Source: Oikopleura dioica
Lineage: Eukaryota > Animalia > Chordata
NCBI GenBank assembly: GCA_907165135.1
Contig: OU015567.1
Coordinates: 8,742,001 to 8,806,000 of the forward strand
Reading direction: 5' to 3'
DNA: 64,000 nucleotides
In this document: positions 1 through 9,765 of the stretch, in pieces
Numbering within the stretch: the stretch's first letter is position 1
Layout of the letters: each line of letters starts with the position of its first letter
Notes under the pieces: generated by a model
Told to the model about the DNA's origin: nothing
Database searches by the model: none
What the model saw: only the letters and a program-made list of their open reading frames with translations
Translations under genes and position numbers: made by a program

Positions 1-2
1 AA

Positions 3-220
3 GTTGCAAGACTTTGGGGCGATCGGAAAGGAAAGCCAAACATGAACTATGGAAAGCTCTCCCGAGCTCTCAGGTAAAATTCATCTCCGTTTTCATTTAT
101 CAATTGGAGCATAGATATTACTACGAAAAAGGACGAATGACAAAGCTCCATGGCAAACGATACGCGTACAAATTCAATATCGAAGTCATCAAACGCGCGG
201 AAATAGATGGCGCTCAATAA
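3..220 (+). CDS. ETS-domain transcription factor, 3' end (ERG/FLI/FEV-like), partial at window edge
   Basis: Removing GT-AG intron 74-114 gives [44 protein letters not shown], the ETS winged helix; stop at 220. Confidence 0.92.
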   Translation, partial: [71 protein letters not shown]

Positions 221-601
221 AAATAATTACGAACTATCTTCTCACTGTATAAAAAGCTGTATCACTGTAAATAGGAAAGAATAAACAAAGTTATTATAAA
301 TTTTAAAGAGAAGTCGCGTTCTGAATAAGCAAACTTGCGTCAGACTTGATTAAAAAGGGATCAATCGATGATTCTCCTCTGCGAACCACCCATTTGGTCT
401 GAATTGTGAGCTTAGGCGATGGAAAGTCCCGCGAGCGCAGATGAAGAGAGAATTTCGTTGAAAAGTCTTCAGAAGAGGAAAATCATCGTTACCCCCTCTG
501 AACTCAAAGAACCGCGAATTATCGTTCCAGAGGTACTTCGATAGCCCCAGAATGTTACCATTAGTTTTTAGGCTGAGCAATGGCTTCATGCATTTTCGGA
601 T

Positions 602-1690
602 ATGACACAGAAAGTTGCGTTGCTAACGCTTGAAACAGAAACGCTAGCGGAAGAACTTGGCAAGGTAATTGTTTCTTTGAAATTTGATGATGAAGATTGA
701 ATCAAAGTTGGAAAAGCTCAAAATGGACCGGCAGCAGGAAATAGCGAGAACTCAGAAAGCAGAGCTCCTCGACGATAAAAGAAAAGGTACCAAAAGTCGA
801 TGATGTCATAAAAGACGCTAATTATGTTATTTTCAGAACTCGATTACGCCGTTCGCGATCGAGAAAGGAAAGGAACTATTGGAATCGACTTTGAATCGAT
901 TTATTTCTTGTTTCTTCTTTCGGAAATCCCTTTTTGAAAGAACCAAACTGAACTACGAGATGGCACAGGAAAGATTGATCAGCTGCTAATTGGCTCAATA
1001 CTTTATACAGGTTCTTTTCTGACCTTATTTTCTACCGTGTTCTAGACCTTCTTTCGGTTAAAGATCAGGTGGTGGTTTAATTGGAGAGCTCTAAAAATAA
1101 TTTAACAAGTTTATGGTTTGATGATCAGTCACCTTTTCCCCAATTACAGAAGATATTCCCATTAGCAATTTATCCGATATCTGATAATACACACATGACC
1201 ACATGTCATCATTTTTAGCGATATTTTTATCGGTCTGGAGAGAAGTTTTTTAATAATTCTGATGTGGTTTGAACGTTCGAAAGCATTTGCAAAAAAGAAC
1301 AGCTGCCATGATAAGAGCAAGCATTACAGACATGTTTGATTGAAAGTTTGAACTGGAACGTGCTCTCTATCAACCCCCATTTATTGAATAATAAAACACG
1401 GAGCCACAGGAAGATCCATCTCAAAAGCTACGTAATCGGTTGCAATTAAAGACCCCAGTGGAGGATGAGGACAAATGCCATCTCGAAATTAAGGATCAGG
1501 TCAATACAGCATGGAATTGATCCTTTACGGTTCAAGGGGATCTTTTCGCATTATTCGGAAAAGACCTTTTTACAAAGAGAATAATGGACGAGTACGCACA
1601 GCTTTATCTTGCTTGCAAATATATCGAATAAAATTTATACGAATTTACACGCTTTTCAAATCAAGTCAACCATTTTTCAACTGAAGAGAT
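602..1690 (+). CDS. hypothetical multi-exon coiled-coil protein, boundaries uncertain
   Basis: Phase-compatible short exons MTQKVALLTLETETLAEELGK / IESKLEKLKMDRQQEIARTQKAELLDDKRK / ELDYAVRDRERK separated by ~40-60 nt introns; no family recognised. Confidence 0.35.
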
Positions 1691-1789
1691 GTAATATTTA
1701 ATTTTGAAAAACGAAAAAAACTGACTGGATATTTATAAATATTTATCCTTCCCACGTCAAAGTAAGCAGCTTATTGGAGAAGGTGTAAA

Positions 1790-2446
1790 AACGATAGACC
1801 GTTATTCTCTAAAATCGTCATTCGAGGGCGTCCGAGCGCCGCAGTCTTCAAAGTCGTCAGTTTTCGCGGAAGAGAAGCTTTCAAAGAGAACCTTGAAAAC
1901 TATCCTAGAAAATTATCTTTCTGAAACAGAGAGAAAGAGGGAGAGGAAGAAGATATGAATATCAAGAACAGAAGTTGCTCTTCGAAAATATCGTAAAGGT
2001 TCACTGACTTCTTGATTTATTGACTATAAAGCAATTTTATATTTATGAGACCCAAATTTATTTCTTTCTGAAAGCAAAATTGATCACTTTATTTTCAAAT
2101 TTTCTGAAGAAAATAAGGCTGAAATGATTTTAAACTCACCTGACGTCTTCATATGACTCTGTCCTCGTCCAGGATAGAATTTCCATTTCTTTCAGGAATT
2201 TGAAGAGCACATTAGCCTAACATAAGCCAGTCGTTTCTAAATAAAGCAAAAACGCCCTTCAAGGGCGTCTCTTTCAAGTTTTTCTTTTATGAAATAGAGG
2301 CACAAAGCCGTCAGAATATACAGTGATTCTAGCACCAAAAAAAATATTTCAGTGATGAGAAGACTTCCTCTGATTGCTGCTTTTATTTTTCCTTTTGTCT
2401 TCTCCTCAGGTAATTTTAGAGGCTTGTAATCCAGACTTTTGAGCAT
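1790..2446 (-). CDS. hypothetical small membrane protein, boundaries uncertain
   Basis: ORF 2237-2446 has a hydrophobic stretch (LLITEIFFLVLESLYILTALCLYFI); further exon-like blocks near 2140-2210 and 1790-1900. Confidence 0.25.
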
Positions 2447-2465
2447 TATTTGCTTTACAATTTAA

Positions 2466-2552
2466 CATAGTGACACCCTTATTTTATTAGATAAGATGAT
2501 AGTTAAAGATTTAAATTTTATCTTGATTAAATAAAATAAGGGTATCACTATG
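2466..2552. repeat. short palindromic element or mini-MITE flanked by TTAA
   Basis: Arms 2462-2488 and 2530-2556 are inverted repeats with 26/27 identity including the TTAA at each end. Confidence 0.6.
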
Positions 2553-2614
2553 TTAATTTTTAATTCAAAATTATTCTTTCAAAAAGAAAATTGAAAGAAA
2601 AAACTAATCTTCAG

Positions 2615-5600
2615 ACTATGCGGAGGTTTTATGCGCTCTTGGGAAAGAATTTGAGTTCTGCGAAAATGAAATGGAAAAGTGGAAGAGCTCGGAAAACCGC
2701 AGAGGTACAGAAACTGTCACTATCAGTTACTCTGATTTGACGAATCGATTAAGAGTACTGTGAGCCTTTCTTTGCTTCTAGTCGCCACTTGTGTTTGCCC
2801 ATGACACTGAAAGGCACTGTAGCTGCCATTGAGTGTCCAGGCGCGGGATTACGCGCTAACAACTATCGATTAATGGGGTATTAATTCAATAATCCCTTGG
2901 AAGATTATCTGATGGTTTCGAAGCTCACGAATCAAACTTTTTCAAATGTTCATTATATTCAAATCGAATGCGGAACGGATCTTCTGTGGCGAATCGAGGG
3001 CAAAAGGTAATACGATTAGGATAAAAGCCCAAGCCATATTATCATTAACTCAAATTCAAATTAAAGAATATTACAAAAGATCGGAAATGAGTGGGATTTG
3101 AACGCTATTGGAGATGATCGACTGAAAAAAGGAAAGTTCAATCTATATAAACTACAGTATCAGAAGAAGGTAAAAACTGAGCTTCTTGAAGAAATGAACA
3201 AATGCACAAATGAAGCGCCTGTCGATCGCTATCGCCGAAATACCCAATTTTCGAATGAGACAGAATTCACTACGGAGCCTCCTCTTCCTCAAGCAGAATG
3301 CCTCGACAAAGAAATGTTCCACCACCAACCTTGCCGAAAAGACGCGTATGGAAAGATCACGTGCGACTGCCGCAACTTTAACTTTTGCGCTGAAGACTAC
3401 ATAATTCTGGTTGGGAATTCGATCTCAATGGTGCCATTGTTTCTCTCCATCGTGATTCTTTTTTCTTTTCCGTAAGTTCATTAATTGTACCGGCATTGTT
3501 TTAGAAAACCTGCTGCAGGTGCCTAATTAGATAGTTCGTTACTGTACCTGAGGTTTAAGCGGAAATTTCGTTCAGGCGATTGAGAAATACAAGAAATCTG
3601 ATCCATGCGAATCTGATGACTTCTTTGTTTTTACGCAGTGCGCTTCAATGGCTGAACTATCACGCTGTTATTTTCGGTGCTTATCCTGATGCGGAATGTA
3701 TGCTCAGTGTTCAGCACCTGAGCAAGGAGGAATACATGAGGATGACGCTGAAAATGTGTCCTGGAAGCCAGTTCATAGCTGTAAGTAGCGCTTAGCATGA
3801 GCTTTATGAGAGCTTTTGGGGTAAATTTGGCCAATAAGACATCAGTATGTTCTGGCTTAGCCAATCGCGGACCCCCTCACACGCTCAAATTCCAAAAAAC
3901 AGGGCTCGTCCGGGATTTGAACCCGGGACCACTCGCACCCTAAGCGAGTATCATACCCCTAGACCAACGAGCCACAAGGGATGAAAATCCATGGTACTAT
4001 TTGTACAGTCAGTTCCGGAAGTAGGTTGACTGTAATTAAATTTGTCTATTTGTACTCGCATCCTCGTGGCTCGTTGGTCTAGGGGTATGATACTCGCTTA
4101 GGGTGCGAGTGGTCCCGGGTTCAAATCCCGGACGAGCCCTGCTTTTTTTCTCGCTGATAATGGCGATGCCACCCCGAAGATCGAATTTTTCGCAAATTCT
4201 GAGAGGAGGTGTCGCTATAAGTTATAGCCTATGACTATCATTATCATTTAAGATCGGCAAAGATAGAATGATTTAATTTTAGTTCTGTCGCGCTTCTATC
4301 GTCTTTCTCCAGTGGGCAAAAACTGCCTCTCACTTCTGGGTCTTGATCGAAGGAAAGGTTCAACTGTTGTCGAGTGGGCGCAGTCCGCTTCATCCTCTTT
4401 CAAAGCAGCTTAGCAGAATGAACACAAATAAAAGGTGTGCAGTTGTACGCATTAGCGGTTGTGACTGTGCTCAGCACGGCTAAATACTTTTACGCGTACT
4501 TGGCATTCGGCTGGGGCTTTAGCTGGATATCCGTCGTTTTCTGGGTCGTGCTCAAGTACAAGTACGAGAATAGAGGCTGCTGGGATATCACTTACAGGCA
4601 AGTTCATCAATCAAAAAGCTTAAAAAGACACTTTTCAAAAGGGACCTGCTGGAAAAAGTGATAGAAGTTCCCATTTCAGCAGCAATCACATTGAACGGAA
4701 TTATTTTCATAATTCTCATCTGGGTTATTGTTCTCAAGCTGCGGGACGACTCTCGACTTACAAGGGAACGGAATAACGCACAGAGGCTTACAAGAGCCAC
4801 CCTGACGCTGATTCCGCTCATGGGTAAGTCTCCCATTTCCGGATGCTTCATCTGTTCGTTTTTTTTAGGGACGCAGTATCTTCTCTTCAGATATACGCCC
4901 AGTGAGAAACTTTTCAACATCAGATACAAATACGACCTCTTCTTTGAAGGACTTCAGGTAAAAAATTTTATCGAGATTTTTCGCAAAAGTGTTGAGGGTC
5001 TCTTTGTGTCTATTTTATTCTGCTTTATGAACCAAGAAGTCCAACGCGAGCTCAAGAAATGGTATAGCCGCCGAATGCAGCCTGTAAGTATCGACATCCA
5101 TTAGGATCAGCATGCTTAGGAGATAAAGGCTTTAAGCTGCATGATATTCTCTTTGTTATACGCATGCATTGAATATGTCTACAGGCACCATCTAGGCTTT
5201 GACGCACTTTATTAATGTTTTATCTGCACGATTTTGAATTGTCAACTGATCTATGTTCATCAAGTGACTAGAAAAAAGTTGCTTCAGATTTGCGCTGCTC
5301 AAATCCAAGGCTCATTATTAACCTTTGATAGCTCGACGGGCATCTGCTTCGACGAGGAACATTCGGCTCCGGCATCGAGGAAACCCTCAACACTAGAATT
5401 ATGGAGGGATACACGCCTAGGTCCTCCATCGCATTCGTTCGTAGTTCCACTGGGCAGACATCGTCGATAGAGAATGATTCCAATAGCATGTAATCTCTAA
5501 GGTGTAAATTAGAACATGAAACGCATTAAAAACAGGTTCTTTCATTGAAACAACATCAGAGCTAAAAATGGTCTAATCCGCGTTCAGAGAGGAGATCGAC

Positions 5601-5836
5601 GCCAATCTGTCTGGGATGAGCGCGAAACAATAACTACTCAAGGTAGATTTTCTTAGAGCGTTCTAATCTGTTACATGCTACCAATGCCAATTTAACAGCT
5701 TATTGAGATTAATAATTAATTTAATCGATTATTTATTCTAGTCCGCCGAGAATCAAGTTCCGCCAATATTGTAGCTTCAAAGAATCCACTTTTGCCCATT
5801 CCTGTGGCAGGCAGCACGCCGCCAACAACACTGTAA
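2615..5836 (+). CDS. class B (secretin-family) GPCR, multi-exon; N-terminus uncertain
   Basis: Cys-rich ectodomain (CLPMTLKGTVAAIECP), TM2 RNTRNLIHANL, TM3 HFWVLIEG, TM4 FGWG, TM6 RATLTLIPLMG, TM7 QGLFVSILFCFMNQEVQREL. Confidence 0.9.
3902..3973 (-). tRNA. tRNA-Pro(AGG), intronic in the GPCR
   Basis: Reverse complement GGCTCGTTGGTCTAGGGGTATGATACTCGCTTAGGGTGCGAGTGGTCCCGGGTTCAAATCCCGGACGAGCCC; T6 Pol III terminator at 3894-3899. Confidence 0.97.
4068..4139 (+). tRNA. tRNA-Pro(AGG), identical second copy
   Basis: Same 72-nt sequence on the + strand; T7 terminator at 4143-4149. Confidence 0.97.
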
Positions 5837-5947
5837 TTTTTTTTTTGAATGTAAATATATCAATCTTAAAGTTGCTAAAATTCATATGCTACATAAATGG
5901 GAAAGTATTTAGGTACTAGAAAAGAGAGTTTTTTTTTAAATAAAGAT

Positions 5948-7031
5948 TTATTGATTCGTCTGGAGTTTTCTCAAGAATTTTTTCTGTAAACCAGTGTAAA
6001 ACCAAGCGGATGCTCCAATTGCAGCGACAGAAAGAACTTTCAGCATAAAAACGCCAAGATTCTTGAAAAACTCGAGCTCAACTTCTCGCTTGAATTCTTC
6101 GTTCAGGATGAATTTTTCCATGAAATTTTCTCCTTTTTTCGTTTTGTTCACATGCTAAAATTGTGTAAATAAGTGTTCGTGAATAGCAAACAAACGGGAA
6201 TGGGAATATTTGGGACTTCTTTTCCGAGGAATTTGCAAAGCGGCTCCCAGCCATCTTTCACGTTCCAAATCAGAAGCCGATCTTTGGGCACAGTCCTGAT
6301 CACTCGTTCATTATGCTCTTCGTAGTACGCCTTGCTCTCAATCATCGAATCTCTGAAATTGGCCAGGTGCTGACTCGGCCAGAAAGCTTTCCATGGGGCG
6401 GGAAGAAATGGACCGTGTTTCTCCCAATTAGCTGTTCTCATCACGGACTTTCGGAAGCAATGGTTGCTTATCGCGAACTTAATTTTTTTGAAAAATAATG
6501 AGTTTAGAGAAGTCAAACCATTTGAAAGAATTTTCTTCCGAACCAGCCAGCGTTGTGGAATCTCTCATCAAGCCAGAACCTGTACGGATGCGCGTTGAAT
6601 TCCTTTTCAAAAAGTTTTCTAGTGTTTTTAATTTCGTTTATTCTTCATCGTTCGACTTTTTCCTGATCCATAAATCTGACGAGACTTCTGTTCCAAACAT
6701 CAACATTGTCCCTAACAGTTAAAATCACTTTCGCATTTGGGGACGCCTTGAAGAGTTCTTCCCAGTAAATGTTTCCCGGGTGGTCTTGATTTACAGTGTA
6801 TCCTCTGCTCGTGTACTCTTCTATGACCTGCTCAATGGGGACTTTTCCATCAATAAAATCGGTCCAAATTTGAGTCAGGTAAAAGAGTGTCTCTGGATAA
6901 TCGGCAACTTTGTATCCAAGCTCTCTTGAAAGGTGTGTTGAAATCAACAAAGAGAATTTTTGCTGTTACCTGAGTGCAAGAGAACAACTCTTCGTTGATG
7001 TTTTATTGATTCCAGCGCATATTATCTCCAT
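5948..7031 (-). CDS. P-loop sulfotransferase-family protein (Sulfotransfer_4-like), multi-exon
   Basis: N-terminal MEIICAGINKTSTKSCSLALR-ELGYKVAD; AKVILTVRD; C-terminal DRLLIWNVKDGWEPLCKFLGKEVP followed by a hydrophobic tail. Confidence 0.8.
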
Positions 7032-7776
7032 TTTCTCTGGAAAATGTAAAGCAGTTCTTCAATTTCGACTTTATGGTGTCGACGAAAATAGCACGGACAA
7101 ATCAAATTCAGAGTAACAGTGCAAACAGCGGTGCGCTCTGGCTCTCATAAAATATCCATCTGAAGCTCCTCCGAACCAAGCGAATGGGAGTGGACCTTTT
7201 TTGGTCAGATTGAAGGGAAAATACACCCAAAAGGCAGAGCGCACCGTTATTGATGCTGAAAATTGGATTTCGATTCAATCATAAGTTTATTTGCGAAAAG
7301 AACTGTAAAGAATCAAATAATTCGAATCGAACCTCAGTAACAAACTGCTTTCTGATAAATCGATTGTTCGACAATCTTAAGTTTGCCTAGAACTGAATTT
7401 AAGAAACCTTTTCTTAGAGAAGCAAAGCTGACCTAATTTTTCGCCTGAAAAAGGATAGTCACATTCTTCACCCAGTAAAACATCTCTTTCCATGCATCCC
7501 ATCCACGATAACGCAAACTCTAAATTTCGTAGAGTATGATTTCTTATATTTTAATAAAGATCACTTACTTCCTTTTGTTATAATTGTGAGATTTGTTTTG
7601 CTTTGGTCGAAGTCCTTTAGTTTCATACCATAGTAGAAATTAATATTATATGGAATAGTATTTCCTCTGTTGAAGTAAGTTTCTAAGAAGTTTTTTGTGA
7701 GGACCATCGGCTTGCAGGGAAGATCTTCAATAGTTTCACTACAAAAGGTACTTGGTACTGTCGAGGCTATGAAATC

Positions 7777-8361
7777 CTACGTGGCATGAATTTTCAAAAT
7801 CCCAGTTTTTTCATTGAACTTATCATTCTCGCAGATGAATCGAATGTTCTTGTGGCTCTCGACTTGCCCTGGTATGTTGTAAAAGAGGTGATTAAATATA
7901 TATCCGCCGAAATAATCCTGAAGGACCCAAAGAGGCTCCTCAAAGATTCTTGATCTTATTTCATCAAATCGCTGCTGCATGTCTGGGATGCCTGAAGACT
8001 TGTTCTTGGAAATATCCATTGAAGCATTAATCCAGACAAAAAGGTCGTCAATCGTTCCATATCCAGGTTTTACGTGAATTTTGAAGTGATCAGCCGGCAT
8101 TTTTCTGTTATTTTCCTCACAGAATGCTAGTCCGTCCTCAAAAGAGAACCTTTCAGTCGAAATGATCCCCTCATAAATCTCTGTATCAATTTCGATTGAA
8201 ATGTTAACGTATTTGCTTGTGTTCAGAGCATTGATTTCACCCCCAATCCAAACCAAATCTTCGGTTTCTTGAAGAGGTTCTTCGTTTTTCAATTTCACCA
8301 AGAAAAATGTCAGAAAAATCGACAAAATTAGCAAAAAGAGCGATGCGAGCTCTAATTTCAT
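7777..8361 (-). CDS. type II membrane protein with divergent C-type-lectin-like domain, paralogue 1, intronless
   Basis: MKLELASL start; N-terminal TM; SFEDGLAFCEENNRKMP, FVWINAS and FICE motifs; aligns end to end with 9017-9577. Confidence 0.6.
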   Translation of the reverse strand: MKLELASLFLLILSIFLTFFLVKLKNEEPLQETEDLVWIGGEINALNTSKYVNISIEIDTEIYEGIISTERFSFEDGLAFCEENNRKMPADHFKIHVKPGYGTIDDLFVWINASMDISKNKSSGIPDMQQRFDEIRSRIFEEPLWVLQDYFGGYIFNHLFYNIPGQVESHKNIRFICENDKFNEKTGILKIHAT

Positions 8362-9016
8362 CGTTCCAAATTGAATTAAATTGCGCTTTCCCGCTTCTTT
8401 CCCGCTGATTATATTCAGGTAATAACGGATTATTACATCTTGCGAGGACAAGTTTGCCTTCAAATAAATCACTTCAGGCCATAAAATCCTTTCTTGAAGA
8501 TTCGAATTGTTCATGAATATATTGACAGTCATTGGCAAGTTCAGTTCTGGAGCGTTCTTGAAGAACTATATTTTTCAATAGCATATTACTCGTCGATAAG
8601 TTGACTGTGCCGCAATAGATAGTTTTCCTAGAAAAAGATAGAAATGAAATAATGCCTTAGAAAAGCGACTAACCTAATTTATTGTTTGAAAAATAGAAGT
8701 AACATTCTTCCTGACGGAGATTTGGGTCACATGCTTTCGAAAACAATGCAAACCCTAGGTGAACTGATAACTGATATCAATCCATTTAATACTTACTGAC
8801 TTCTGCCATAAGCAACAGATTTGTTTCGCCTGGATCATAGTCTCTGACCTTCATGCCAGAAAACAGATTTACATGCGAAGGAATAGAGTTGCTTCCGTTG
8901 AAATGATTGTCGAAAAACTTCGATGTCAGAACCATCGGCTTGCAAGATACGTTTTTGAAAGATTCACTTAAAAATATTCATTGGATGATGGTAAGGATCT
9001 GAAAACTCCGGCTCTC

Positions 9017-9577
9017 TTACGTTTCCTTGAATTTCACAAGTCCCGTGATATTATCGATTCTGTCGTCGTCGCAAATAACATGAAATTCACGCTTTTCCTT
9101 AGTTTGCTCTGGGACATGAAAAATAAGGCCGTCTCGCGCTTTTCCTCTCCAAAAATAATCACGAACAACCCAAAGTGGTTGGTCGAAGATTTCTCGTCTA
9201 ATCTTGCCAAGTTTCTCTCGCATCTTTGGAATACCGACAGTCTCCGTCTTCGTTATATCCATGGATGCATTAATCCAGAAGAACAAATCGTCAATGGTGT
9301 TATTTTTTCCTCTTTGGTTGATTTTAAAATGATCCGCTGGCATTCGTTTGTAATTTGTTTCGCAAAAACTAAGCGCGTCAGGAAACGTTAAATTGTCTGT
9401 CGAAATAATTCCCGGGTGAACTTCTCCTTCAATCTCAATCAGAACGAGTTCCATCGAAATAGATCTTATTGCTCCATTCAGTTTCTCGATCGGTTCTTTT
9501 TTTGTTAATTGCACGACCAAAACGGTAGCAAAAATAACTAAAATTGGAAAAATGCTCCACAAGTATTCAATTTTCAT
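9017..9577 (-). CDS. type II membrane protein with divergent C-type-lectin-like domain, paralogue 2, intronless
   Basis: N-terminal TM; TFPDALSFCETNYKRMPADHFKI, TIDDLFFWINASMDI, PLWVVRDYF and HVICD motifs shared with paralogue 1. Confidence 0.6.
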   Translation of the reverse strand: MKIEYLWSIFPILVIFATVLVVQLTKKEPIEKLNGAIRSISMELVLIEIEGEVHPGIISTDNLTFPDALSFCETNYKRMPADHFKINQRGKNNTIDDLFFWINASMDITKTETVGIPKMREKLGKIRREIFDQPLWVVRDYFWRGKARDGLIFHVPEQTKEKREFHVICDDDRIDNITGLVKFKET

Positions 9578-9765
9578 CGTTTTGAATAGAGGTTTCTATC
9601 TTTATCCGCGACCATGCTTTGCATAATTGCTATACTTATGTTATTATTCATTTGCCATGAATATGGGAAGACCATGCGTCTCGGAAGGAAAGATTCTATT
9701 TTAGTTGTTTTGTCATGTATATTATTTTACAGTTTTTGGCAAGATAAAGACTCGAAATTAAACAG

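Noticed and set aside
350-589. 79-aa - strand ORF next to the ETS 3' end
   Set aside because: Single short ORF without family similarity or convincing splice partners
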